64,000 bases of DNA, taken from Octopus sinensis. Lineage: Eukaryota. The stretch is from NCBI RefSeq assembly GCF_006345805.1, contig NC_043012.1, positions 10,850,001 through 10,914,000 of the forward strand. Reading direction: 5' to 3'. Below the pieces are notes generated by a model, which saw only the letters and a list, made by a program, of their open reading frames with translations, searched no databases and had not been told where the DNA came from. Made by a program: the position numbers and the translations under genes. Positions 41,701-55,282 of this stretch are shown here, in pieces (within the stretch, counting starts at the first letter, position 1; the number at the start of each line of letters is the position of its first letter).

Positions 41701-44700
41701 AGATGTTAAACGATGATGATGATGATATGTCATGTAGTCTGGACACTGAATGCTATTGGATGCATGTTGACATTTAACACCTGTTTTGGGTGAATTAACT
41801 AATCAGGTAGTCTGCTGGTTCTATGTAGAGGGCAGCCAGGTGTGTAAAGCACTTGTGCAATATTCCAGGTGAATATGTGAGTGTGATTAGAGACAGGTTG
41901 AAGTTAAAGTATTACAAGACAGTTGTGTTAAAAACAGAAATGGAAAAGTTACTCTTTTAAAACAATGAAACAAAAAGAAAAAAGGGAAGCCATAGCAACA
42001 ACAACCACAACAACAACAACAACATCCACAATAAATGAACGAGCTACACAGAAGCAATATGGGAACCAGGCAGGTAATTGCAATTAAATATTCACCTTGG
42101 CCTCTTCATCGTGAGCCTTCTGTGCCTTCATTTTGAGTTGCATCTGGCGTTTCTCTTCAGCCTGAAGTAGTTTCCGTTCCATGGTAGCCTTTTTCTGACG
42201 AAGTAAATCATCTTTCCAAGCTCGAACCTCTTCAACCTGGCAAATACACAAACGATAACGAATTCAACTGATGAGACAGACGGGGTCAACTCTCAGAGGT
42301 ACTTTCAAGCAGCAACTTATTCAAACCAGCCATGTCCGTCCAAAGCACCCACTACACTCACGGAGTGGTTGGCGTTAGGAAGGGCATCCAGCTGTAGAAA
42401 CACTGCCAGATCAGACTGGAGCCCGGTGCAGCCTCCTGGCTTCCTAGATCCCCGGTCGAACCGTCCAACCCATGCTAGCATGGAGAACAGACGTTAAACG
42501 ATGATGATGATGATATCCGTCCAAAGCATCCTATCTGTTTCATGTTCAAACCAGCCAGATCTGGCCTCTCACGCATACCATACAATGGTGTTCTAAAAAT
42601 ACACAATTACATCATCGAAATCTATACCAGGTTCCAGTCTGATTTGGCATGGTTTCCTTGGCTGGATGTCCTTCCTAACGCCAACCAACCCAAGAGTGTA
42701 GTGGGTGATTTTTATGTCACTAGCAAGGGTGCCTTTTACATGTATATGTATGTATGTGTGTGTGTGTGTGTATATACACACACACACACACACACACAAA
42801 GGTCCTCAGATCATAACCATTGTATGGTTAAGAAGTAAAGCCTAGGGATGTAAGTCAGTGTGATGGGGTGATTCCATATGTTATTAACAATGAAAGATTT
42901 AATTTTATAGTTTAAAGTCAGTTTTGGATGGGGGTGAGGGAAAATCATTGAAGTGGCAGTAGCGGAGGGTTTCAGAGCCAAAACTTATTTGAAATGGTGG
43001 GTGGTTCTACAAAATATTTATTTCTATATACTCTTTTACTTGTTTCAGTCATTTGACTGTGGCCATGCTGGAGCACCGCCTTTAGTTGAGCAAATCAACC
43101 CCAGGACTTATTCTTTGTAAGCCTAGTACTTATTTTATTGGTTTCTTTTGCTGAACTGATAAGTTAGGGGACATAAACACACCGGCATTGGTTGTCAAAC
43201 GTTGTTGGGGGGGGGGGACAAACACAGACACACAAACACACATATATATATACATGTATACGAGAGGCTTCTTTCAGTTTCCATCTACCAAATTCATTCA
43301 CAAGGCTTTGGTCGGCCCAAGGCTTTGTAAAGACACTTGCCCAAGGTGCCATGAAGTGGGACTGAACCTGGAACCATGTGGTTCGTAAGCAAGCTACTTA
43401 CCACACAGCCACTCCTACAACTATATTTAGTTGAAGTTTATAGTTAAGACATGGGGGTTACAATGAAGTTTAGGGTGGTTGGGCTGAGGTCTATGACAAG
43501 TGGGTGACTAGCAGAGATGGAGTAGAGTTAGTATGGGGTGTTAGGATGAGAAGAATTGATGAAGTAGTGCCTATATCATATCCAAATTGATGCTAACAAT
43601 CCAAGAGGCAGCAATTAAAAATGACAAAAAAAAGGTCAGCTTCATACCTTCCTTGAGATTTCTTTTAATCTAGCAGCCTTCTCTCGGTTCAGTTTTGTAC
43701 GGAGTTCCTGTGCTTTGGCTTGCTTCTGTTCATGACGCTTCTTCCTTTCAGTGGGAGACCTAATTCCAAAGAAGAGGTGGTTTGGAGAGAGAAAAAAAAG
43801 AATCCTAATTAATTCTTTAAATGCCTGTCATACATTTAAATAGTGTGTATTTGTGAGTGTGTGTGTATACATATATATCTTTTACTTGTTTCAGTCATTA
43901 GACTGAGGCCATGCTGGGGCACTGCTTCGAAGAATATCTAGTTGAATGAATCGACCTCAATACATATCTTTTCAAGCCTGGTACTTATTCTATTGGCCTC
44001 TTTCGCCGAAGTTACAGGAATGTAAACACACCAACACCAGTTGTCAAGTGATAGTGGGGTACACACACACATGCATGCATACATGTATATGTGTACTTTA
44101 TATATTTACATAATGGGCTTCTTTCAGCTTCCATCTATCAAATCCACTCATAAGGCTTTGGCCAGCCCAAGGTGTCACACAGCAGGATTGAACCAGGATC
44201 TATGTGGTTGGGAAGCACTGTGCTTACCACACAGCCACACCTGCACCTATCTAGCCATAGCAGAAGATACTTTTCCAAGATTCCACACACTGGGACTAAA
44301 CTCGAAACCAGGTGGTTGGGAAGCAAATTTCTTAACCACACACCCACACCTGTATCTACCATGCAGAGGTGAAGGTGGCAATAATTACTTACCGTTTCCG
44401 AGATGGAGAAGAAAGTTTCTCATGCATATGGACGCCGTGTCCTGGAGTTCTGGCGTCAGCCTCGTCGACAATTTCTCCCCACGACTTACTCTTATAACTT
44501 TCAGAATCTATGAGAAATAAATGTAAAAAAAAAACAATTAATAAGGATTGGATACAAATATAAACAGAATGAAGTGAAATCCAAATATTACTGGTACAAA
44601 AGCCTAGGGAAAAGCATTTATACAGTCACTCAACTTGCTAGATATATAGCAGACAAATCTACCTCATATCACACCTTATCTATATATTCATGACATATTG

Positions 44701-47700
44701 TTAATCAACCATTCTACCAAATTCCAATGGAACAAGCCAAGCTGTAAGATAAACTTACCTTCACATGAATTGACTAAAGCTTCTAAATTCAGATCAGTGT
44801 TCTGAAATTAAAACATGAAATATTCTTCATTTCTGTTAATTTTTTAATCATGTCAGCTTTCCTTTAAGATATACATATAAGAAAAAAAAAAAAAGATAGT
44901 ATAGACAGAACAAAACCAGAGGGAAGAGAAGATAGAGAGAAGAACAAATAGTCATTGAAGAGGTCACAGAATGTGTAATGAAAGAACTCTGACAAATAAA
45001 CTAATAATAATAATAATAATAATAAAGATGAAATGAAGATCAAGTAAATAGTGTGTGTGTTCATTAGGGAAATGTCTATCACTTAATGATAAAATTTAAA
45101 AGAAACTTTTCAATAAAGTAAAAGAAACTTCCATTCAGCCATGGCCTCTACCTGGGATGTAGCCAGCCCACTTATGCATACCTTTCCTTCTTGGGACACA
45201 AAAACTCTGCTTGCGAAGACCTGTTGAGGCAAGTGAAATCGGAATCGAAACCACTCAAAAATCAATGGAAATTGTAGTTGTGATACCAGTGCCGGTGGCA
45301 CGTAAAAGAACCATCCGAACGTGGCTGCTGCCAGCGCCGCCCCAACTGGCCTCCATGCCGGTGACACATAAAAAGCACCAACCGATCGTGGCCGTTGCCA
45401 GCTATGCCTGGCACGTAAAAAGCACCCACTACACTCACAGAGTGGTTGGCGTTAGGAAGGGCATCCAGCTGTAGAAACACTGCCAGATCAGACTGGACCT
45501 GGTGCAGCCTCCTGGCTTCCCAGACCTCAGTCAAACCGTCCAACCCATGCTAGTATGGAAAGCAGACGTTAAACGATGATGATGATGATTCAGCCATTTT
45601 TCATCAGTAATGGATGAAAGCCTCAGCATACCATTACAATTTTTATCAATGCAGGCTGTAGGCCAACTTCTCCACAGTGGACAGGGCATTCTTATGGCAA
45701 GGCATGTTTAGCTCTGGTGCAATTTAAAATGAGAACAGAAACTGCTGCTACAGATACTATAAAACATTTCATCCAACAGTCAAACAATTTGACGAAAAAA
45801 CTTATTGGAAAGATGGCTGGCAAATGGTAACCTTGGCATGATTTGAACTTAGAAGCACAGAGAGCTGCAATACCACAATTATTCTACTTTTTTTTTCTCT
45901 TGAATGACTGCCATTTCTACACCTTTATTGTTAATTATATCTGTTTCTTTACTGCCCACAAGTGGCTAAACACAGAGGGGACAAACAAGGACAGACAAAC
46001 GGATTAAGTCGATTACATCGACCCCAATGCGTAACTGGTACTTAATTTATCGACCCCGAAAGGATGAAAGGCAAAGTCGACCTCGACGGAATTTGAACTC
46101 GGGACGTAGCGGCAAACGAAATACAGCTATGCATTTCGCCCGGCGTGCTAATGTTTCTCCCAGCTCGCCACCTTAAATTGTTAATTATATCATCATCAAC
46201 ATTGTTTTAATGTTTACATATCCTATACTCGCTTGGATCAGACAGAATTTGTTGAAGCAGATTTTCTAAAGCAGGATGCTCTTCCTATCACCAACCCTTA
46301 TCTGTTCCCAAACAAGGTAATATTTCCCCCATGACCAGACATGTGGCTTCATGGGAAAGTGGTTTGCAACCATTACAGATAGTCATTGAAGAGGTCACAG
46401 AATGTGTGACAAAAGATCTCTGACAAACTGACAATTATCATAGAAGTCAAGACCAAAGAAACAGTGTGCATATTTATTGGTAAAATGTGAACCAATACAT
46501 GGGTGCACACAAACACACATCGTTGTCATCATCATTTGGCATGTAAAAAGCACCATTCAAGCGTGATTGTTACCAGCGTCGCCTTACTGGCACTTATGTC
46601 GGTGGCACATGAAAAAACATTTGAGCTAGGTCGTTGCCAGTGCCACTGGACTGGCTCCTGTGCAGGTGGCACATAAAAAACACCATTTGAGCGTGGCCAT
46701 TGTCAGTACCGCCGGACTATCCCTCGTGCCAGTGGAACGTAAAAGCACTCACTACACTCTCGGTGTGGTTGGCGTTAGGAAGGGCATCCAGCTGTAGAAA
46801 CTCTGCCAGATCAGATTGGAGCTTGGTGCAGCCATCTGGTTCGCCAGTCCTCAGTCAAATCGTCCAACCCATGCTAGCATGGAAAGCGGATGTTAAACGA
46901 TAATGACGGCGAGCTGGCAGACTCGTTAGCACGCCGGGCGAAATGCTTAGCGGTATTTCGTCTGCTGCTACGTTCTGAGTTCAAATTCCGCCGAGGTCGA
47001 CTTTGCCTTTCATCGTTTCGGGGTCGATTAAATAAGTACCAGTTACGCACTGGGGTCGATCTAATCGACTTAATCCCTTTGTCTGTCCTTGTTTGTCCTC
47101 TCTGCGTTTAGCCCCTTGTGGGTAATAAAGAAATAGATAATGATGATGATGATGTTCCACGCTAACACGGTTGGACTTGTTTGACAGGATCCAATGGATC
47201 AAAAGTCTGCATCATGCTCCAATTTTTGCTTTGGAATGGTTTCTACAGCTTGATCCCCTTCTTAATGTCAACTACTTTACAGTGTGTATTGGGTGCTTTA
47301 TTCATGGCACCAGCACTAGTGAGGTGACCATGCAGCTTGCATGAAGAAGATCCCTTTCAAGTGAGTGAGGCTACAGTAGAGAAGGAGGTGGCTTTATGCT
47401 TGGAAATGAGAGGTTGAAATATTAAGAAGGGGCCAAAATAGAACAGTTCTCTTGTTGTACAGGAGCTACACAGCTACTCATATTGTGGAAGAGAGGGTAG
47501 GAATGGCCAGGAAGTGGAAAGAGATAAAAATACTGATGATCATTGTCTGGGTGCAGATTTATTCAAATGAAAGAAGGAAGTTTTAACCTCAATTTCATTT
47601 TCTGTTTCAACATCAGCAATCGGAGTACTCTCTTCTTGAGCCAGTTTTTCAAGCCAATTCTGTTCTTGTTGGTTTGCCAATTCCAACTGACTGCTTAATT

Positions 47701-50038
47701 TGTCAGCTTCATCTAAGGCAGAAGTCAGTTCCTGCAAAATAAAAAAAAGCATCACACATACACACACTTGATAAAGTACGGATTTATTAAAAGTAAAAAT
47801 AATTAACCAGAAAGAAGCAAGAAGCCTAAATTTTTATATTTTGAACTTTTTTGTTGGTTTTGTTTCAATTAATTTTGCAAAAATGAAGAATTTATTAAAT
47901 AACTTTGTTATTACAATCCTTTGTTTAAAGCAGAATAAATCCTTTGGCATTTACATTATTCTATCAAATGTAATTATTTTTTTATTCATTGTGTTTTTAA
48001 TTAATCATGCATTATCTTGTAGATATGAGATTTTGATGAGGTAACTTAATTTTTGGACTGATATTATAGGGTTGTTGTGAGAGGCCAAATCTGGTCAGTT
48101 TGAACAGAAAACAGGCAGAATACTTTGGCTGGATATGACCGGTTTAAATGCTTAAAGTGTTAAACAAATAAAATAATTTTTAAAAAAGATTGCTAATTTA
48201 GCATGCAGTCTACCACACTATCTGAAGCCTACACTGTGAAATAACCTGATCTGAGTAAAGGTTTAGGATTAGAATTAAGGTTAGGGATTAGGATTAGAGT
48301 TATGGTTAGGTTAGGGATATACTTCATGCTAAAGGGTAAATGGTCAAGTAGACTGCATGCTAAAATGGCACCAAAAAATGCTGAAAGTTTAGAAATATAA
48401 GTAAAGAGTGAGATGACTTACAGCAAATGCTTTCTTTTCATCCTCATCAAAATTCACTTTGTCGTCATCTGAGATTTCTGGAGATTTCTGGGAAGACATT
48501 GAATGTAGTTCTTCAGTTTCACTGAATACAACATGGTCCGATTCCTCGTCTTTCAACGAGTTGTAATCCTCAAGTTCATAAATGTCCAACAACAGTTCAT
48601 CTTCAGCCTCATCATCTCCGTCGTTGGCATCCAGATCGCAACCAAGCACAGGGATATTCTCCTTCTCGCTCTCTTTACTATGCGTCCTCTCATGAAGGCC
48701 GATCCCAGAGTCCCAGGTTCGATTCCCATAGAATCGGTCAGGAGTGTGTTCACGCCTTTGAGTCCTGCTAGCCCGGCCTCCATACTCCACTGCACCCGAG
48801 GGAGTCGGAGGGGACCTGACAGAGTGTTTCACTGACGACGACGATGACGACAATGGGGTCATATGGTTTCCATGGTGAGCTCTTGTGTGGTTGCTGTTGT
48901 TCTTGTTATTGTTATTGTTGTGGGGCTGGGGAGATTTGGGGCAGTTAGTGTGGAGTTTCTGATCAGAAACACATGGCAAAATGTAGTTAGAATGTATGGA
49001 AGTTGGTGAAGAGCTGAAGACACGGTCCTTCTGACCAGGAAGATAAACAGTGGACTTGGAGAAATTTGAATTATTATTATTATTATTATGACTGTTACTA
49101 CAACTATGGTTGTTGTTGTTGTTGTTGTTGTTGGATTCAACAAATGTTCGATTATTTGAGTATTTTTCTGACCGTCGGTTTTTCGCAAAACCAGCTACAT
49201 TGTTATTACTGTTATTATTATTATTATGATAAGACTTTTCAGATCGACTACTATTATTATTATTATTAACAACATTACTGTTGTTATTATTGTTGTGGTT
49301 TCGAGACTTAGATTTGCCTCCACGCTGCACAGTCTCCCAGCCATCTGCTTCATCTGGAAAAATAAAAAAGAAAAAAATATATAACATATATAACAAGCAT
49401 ATGTGTATAAATGGAAACAAACATGTTTTTTTTTTCTAGAAGCACTGAAATGTGTATTGTATGATACAGATAGTGGAGGTGCGTGGCTTAGTGGTTAGGG
49501 TGTCAGCATCATGATCGTAAGATTGTGGTTTCGATTCCTGGACAGGTCAACGCGTTGTGTTCTTGAGCAAAACACTTCATTTCACGCTGCTCCAGTCCAC
49601 TCAGCTGGCAAAAATGAGTAACGCTGCAATGGACTGGCGTCCCATCCAGCTGGGAGAACACATACACCATAGAAACCTGGAAACTGGGCCCATGAGCCTG
49701 GCTAGACTTTATAAGGCCGCATTTATTATGTTCTTATGATACAGATAAGATAGTGATATTTTTTAACGTAGCCTCACCATTAAAAGAGCAGAAAAATTGG
49801 GAGTTGCTCTTACAAGGTGGAAAAAGTTGTCAACATGCGTATTTGTGTTTCAAAGATTGAATAAAAACAGAAAAATTAAACAGAAACGTAACAGAGAATT
49901 TCACGAAACCATAACAGACAGAAAATTTGTAGCCAATTCCTCATCAGTCAATGTCCAAGAGATCATAACGGTTTCATGCTGTTGTCATTGATACTGTTCC
50001 TTCTTGGTGGTGCCAGTTACAAAAAGCCACTAGGAATA

Positions 50039-50070
<32 letters not shown>

Positions 50071-53000
50071 CTACATAGGCACAGGCATTGCAGTGTGATA
50101 AGAAGCTTGCTTCTGAGCCACATGGTTTCAGGTTCAGTCCCACTGCATGGCACTTTAGGTAATTGTTTTCTACTATACCTGCAGGCTGACCAAAGCCTTG
50201 TAAGTGGATTTGGTAGTTAGATGGAAACTGAAAAAAAGTCCATCATGTGAGTATGTGCGTCTACGTTTGTCTCCTACTATCTCTTGACAACTAGTGAAAT
50301 TAGCAGTTCAGCAAAAGGGGCTGATAGAATAAGTACCAGGCTTAAGAAATAAGTAAGTACTGGGGTTGATTCATTCAGCTAAACATTCAAGGTCGTGCCC
50401 CAGCATGGCCACAGTCTAATAACTGAAACAAGATAACTTCTTAAAGAGACATAAAGCATTATTAGACCAGTGGTTATCAGCCATCGTACACTTATGGACC
50501 CCTTTCATTAATATTCTATGCTGGTGGACCCTCATAGCCATTCAATGCTTAAAAACTCAGTTTATAAAAACTTTTCAAAATTCCAATTTTGCTTTCCACA
50601 CATTCACTTGTGTAGGATTGCAGTGGCATGCTTTGAGAGAACATGTCTCACTGGCGAGAAATACAGGGTGACCAAAAAGTAGGTTTATAGTTATCACATA
50701 GGCACTTACAATTTCTTTTAAAACATTTTATTACATTTAAATATCTATCTTACAATTAACTAAATTAGCATGGTTTCGTATTTTTATATAATCACCATGA
50801 TCACCATGACTGACCAGGCTATCAGATGCTGCTACACATCGCTTCGCGTTGTTTTAGCCTACAAATGATGCCACCCCGCTGGCTAAGCGAGCAGGCCAAC
50901 AGAAGAAAGAGTGAGAGAAAGTTGTGGCAAAAGAGTACAGCAGGGATCACCATCACCCACTGCCGGAGCCTCATGGAGCTTTAGGTGTTTTCGCTCAATA
51001 AACACTCACAACGCCCGGTCTGGGAATCGAAATCGTGATCCTACGACCGCAAGGCTGCTGCCCTAACCACTGGGCCATTGCGCCTCCACATTTTTATATA
51101 ATATTATATATAATCAAAATCTAAACTGTTGATATATGAATGCGAAAGAGATAGTTAAATAACTGTAAACCTAGTTTTGGGCCACCCTGTGTGTTGAACT
51201 TTGTAAAATGTCAGAGAAAAAACCTGCTTGTTTCTTGCAATAAATACATCTAAAACAAAACATTTTTCAGGGACCCTAAAACACTACAGCAGACCTCCAA
51301 TTTACTATTTTTGCTTTCATGGATCAAAAAGAATCTTGTATAGACCCCCAAGGATCATATGGACTCCAGCTGAGAACCACTGCTTTAGACAAGCTGAGCC
51401 AGGATTTAAGTGACTTACTTTGTCGTTAGACATAGCATTTCCCTTGCAATGTAATGTGCCTTAAATTCCTTCTAGTTACAGTACACACACACACCTCTCA
51501 GCATGAATACACACACACACACACACACACGTGTATAAGCATGAATGCACAAGGACCTACACAAACATACACATACTGAAGAATACATAAACATAGTTAA
51601 ATATGCATGTGCACACACACACACACACACACACACGCACATGTACAAAACTGCATAAATGTATATAGACAAGTGTCCTGTGCCGGTGATGTGTAAAAGG
51701 CACCCACTACACTCTTGGGAGTTGTTGGCATTAGGAAGGGCATCCAGCAGTAGAAACCAAGCCAAAATCAGACTGGAACCTGGTGCAGCTCTCTGGCTCA
51801 CCAATTCCAGTCAAACTGTCTAACCCATGCCAGCATAGAAAGAAGACATTAAATGATGATGCACTATTATATACACACACACACATATACATATTAATTG
51901 TGGTATTCATCAATTAAATGAACAACTGTGTGGAGGCACAATGGCCCAGTGGTTAGAGCAGCAGACTCGCAGTCGTAAGTATGGGCATTGTGAGTGTTTA
52001 TTGAGCAAAAACACCTAAGCTCCACGAGGCTCCGATGGAGTGGGGGGAACCCCACAGAACTCTTTCACCTCAACTTTCTCTCAATCTTTCTTCCTACTTC
52101 TGCCACAAAGCAGAGGAACCATGGTTGTAAGCGGCCTTGCGGTTTCGATTCCCAGACCGGGTATTGTGAGTGTTTATTGAGTAAAAACACCTAAACTCCA
52201 CGAGGCTCCGGTGGGTGGGTGGTTGTTGGTGAACCACGCTGTACTCTTTCACCACAATTTTTTCTTACTCTTTGTTCCTACTGCTGCCACAAAGCAGAGG
52301 AACCATGGCGTAGCCCACTATGGTGTGGTAAACTTTCAGACCCTAGTCTAGATTGCGAATCCTCTGTAACCCAGGATGGTTCAGCTCTCCACCCGTTAAA
52401 AGCCACCGTTTATGGAATTAGGATAACAACGTAGCTTTCGCACCCGTGCAGCCACCAGTCTATCTTCAAGTTGCCACATGCATTCTTAGTAGCTTAGAGT
52501 AGGCTCGAATTAGAGATTATTTTTTGTGGCTAATGGCGTGAGTCCTGATTGGAAGAAGAAGGGGAGAAGGAGGAGAAAGAAGAAAGCAACAACTGCCATC
52601 TTGGCAAACAACGAAAAGGTAAAATGAATTAAACAGGACCGAATGGTTTAGGTGTTTAGTTGGAATTTCAGGTTTCCAGGTAACATTCAAGTGTACAGTA
52701 CCTTGGATTAGTATTGCCTTAGTTTGACCTAGTGACAATCTGGTTCAACTGAAGAGAAAAAAAAATTTTTTAGATTCACACCTGTTCACCCCCAGAATTA
52801 CACCACCACCACCTGACACTTGGAAAGGGAAAAGAGAGACATTTTTTTTCTTTTTTTAAATTCCAACAATGGAAACAGAAAAGTCAATTTTGATTTTACA
52901 TGACTTACCATCGTTCTCTTGGTTCAACTCATCGTTGGGGGCAACACTTGAGGTGACACTGTTATTCACAGCTGGACTGTGTCCAGATGTTATACCCTTT

Positions 53001-55236
53001 ACTCGGTCTGCCCAGCTGTTGCCCAGGGGTGATTTCACAGGAGACCTTTATCAACAGAATTAAGAGCACATTTAATAAAGTTTTTATGAATATCATTATT
53101 ATTAGGTTTTATGAATATCATTATTATTAATGAGGGGAGTGTCAGTTTCGAAAATATGAAACGTATCTTATTAATTGGCGGGTCTCCAAAACAGCCCTTA
53201 GATGAAAAAAATTTTGTAATTTTTGTAATTTTGCTTTTTTCTGTATTTTTTTTCTGGAATTTTAATATGTCATTTTAATATGTCCTTTTTATGTTTTGTT
53301 ATCCCAAATTTTTAATTATACCAATGTTTTATAACTTTAAGCGTAAATTCACTGTGTTTTGTATGTAACACGGATTCTTATATATCTATATATATATATA
53401 TATACATACAAATATATTTATATATATATATAAATATATATTATATGATTTTTATCTATTTATATATATCATTATATATAAATGCTGCAGTATATTTTAT
53501 CTAAGACCATGGCTTGCACTTCTGGCCAATGAATTTTAAAGGAACTGTTATGTCTTTAGAATAATAATAATAAAAATAACAATAATAATAATTATTCATT
53601 TTTATGTTTTCAAATTTTGACACAAGGTCAGCTATTTGGGGGAATAGAGTAATATTATGAAATAATAATGATAATAATTCTTTCTACTGTATGCACAAGA
53701 CCTGAAATTTGGAGAAGAGGCTAGTCAATTACATAAACCCCAAAAGGATGACAGGCTAAGTCAACCTCGGCAGAATCTGAACTCAGAACATAAAGAGCCA
53801 AAGGAAATGTTGCAAAGCATTTTGTCCAGCATTCTAATAACTCTGCCAGGTTATCATACAAGCCATACAGTTCATTTTCAGTGTTCCGTGATAACATATC
53901 TGACCATGATCGTGGGGAAATATTACCCTGCTTGGAAACAAGTAAAGGTTGAGGACAGGAAGGGCATCCAGCTGTGGAAAAAAAGCTGCCTTAAAGAATT
54001 TTATCTGACCCATGCAAACACGGGTAATGGACATTAAAATGATGATGCTGAAGAATATAACTGCCAATTCCACAGATGAAGTTAGCATTGTGGAAAATGA
54101 TAATTGTTACATGCATATATATAAGTATGTTCTTTATGGCCATTCCCCAAATCCCTCTCCCAGCTGAGAGGTTTTTGCTTTGCAGTTGCTAGTGCCACGT
54201 AAGATGCACTTCTGATGGTGCTATGCGAATGCTCCCATGCTGGTGAAACATAAAAAATTCCCAGCACACTGTGTAAAATGGTTGGCATTAGGAAAGGCAT
54301 CCAGCCATAGAAACTGTGCCAAAACAGACAACTAGAATCTGGACAGCTATCTTATTTCTTTACTACCTACAAGGGGCTTAACATAGAGGGGACAAACAAG
54401 GACAGACAAACGGATTAAGTTGATTATATCAACCCCAGTGCGTAACTGGTACTTATTTAATCGACCCCAAAACGATGAAAGGCAAAGTCAACCTCAGCAG
54501 AATTTGAACTCAGAACGTAGCAGTAGACAAAATACCGCTAAGCATTTCGCCCGGCATGCTAATATTTCTGCCAGCTCACCACCTTTACAGCAATCTGGCT
54601 GACCAGTTCCTGTCCTGTCAAACCATTCAGCCCATACCAGCATGGAAAACATATATTAAACAATGACGATGACTTTGTTACAGAATACTCACTCCAAAGG
54701 TTGAATTGTGGCATTTGATGTGCCAAAGTTGAGAACCCGCTGGGCAGATGTCGGAGAACAACAATCTTGTATCGGACTGTGAGATGTGGTTTTACCAGGT
54801 GACATTTTTCTTACTTCCCAAGCAATTGAAATAGGACTGGAAATTTGGAAAAAAAAAAACAAGCAACAAAAATTAATATTAGACATAAAAAAGGTAAGAA
54901 AAAAAAAAAGGAGTAAATCAATTAAATAAATTTTCATTAAATTTATTAATCAAGCTGTCACAATTTGGTTGCAGGTAGGGACATCATCCTAGAAAAACTG
55001 CAATAACCCTTTAAGCATTCAGATTAATTTATTAAATGTAATCCTTATTTTTTTACTTGCCTCAGTCATTTGACTGTGGCCATGCTTAAAGGGTTTTTTT
55101 AGTCAAAGAAATTGGCCCTAGGACTTATTCTTTGTAAACCCAGTACTTATTCTATAGGTCTCTTTTTCCGAACCACTAAGTTACAATGTCAAGCAATGGT
55201 GAGAGGGACAAACATAGATACAAGACACACACACAC

Positions 55237-55282
<46 letters not shown>

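Larger units (their letters stand above)
50468..51382. mobile_element. hAT-type MITE carrying nested insertions
   Basis: Ends cagtggttatcagcc and gctgagaaccactg; flanks tattagac and ctttagac (6/8 identical). A shorter relative lies at about 40994-41214. Confidence 0.72.

Noticed and set aside
46541-46780. Repeated ggcac(g/a)taaaaagcacc modules with variable intervening sequence, superficially CRISPR-like
   Set aside because: These are internal sub-repeats of dispersed family C, seen in many copies. The intervening parts are related to each other, the context is eukaryotic, and there are no cas genes.
48258-48316. Interstitial telomere or chromosome fusion site
   Set aside because: Only about 60 bp, highly degenerate and enclosed by inverted repeats; better explained as part of a small mobile element
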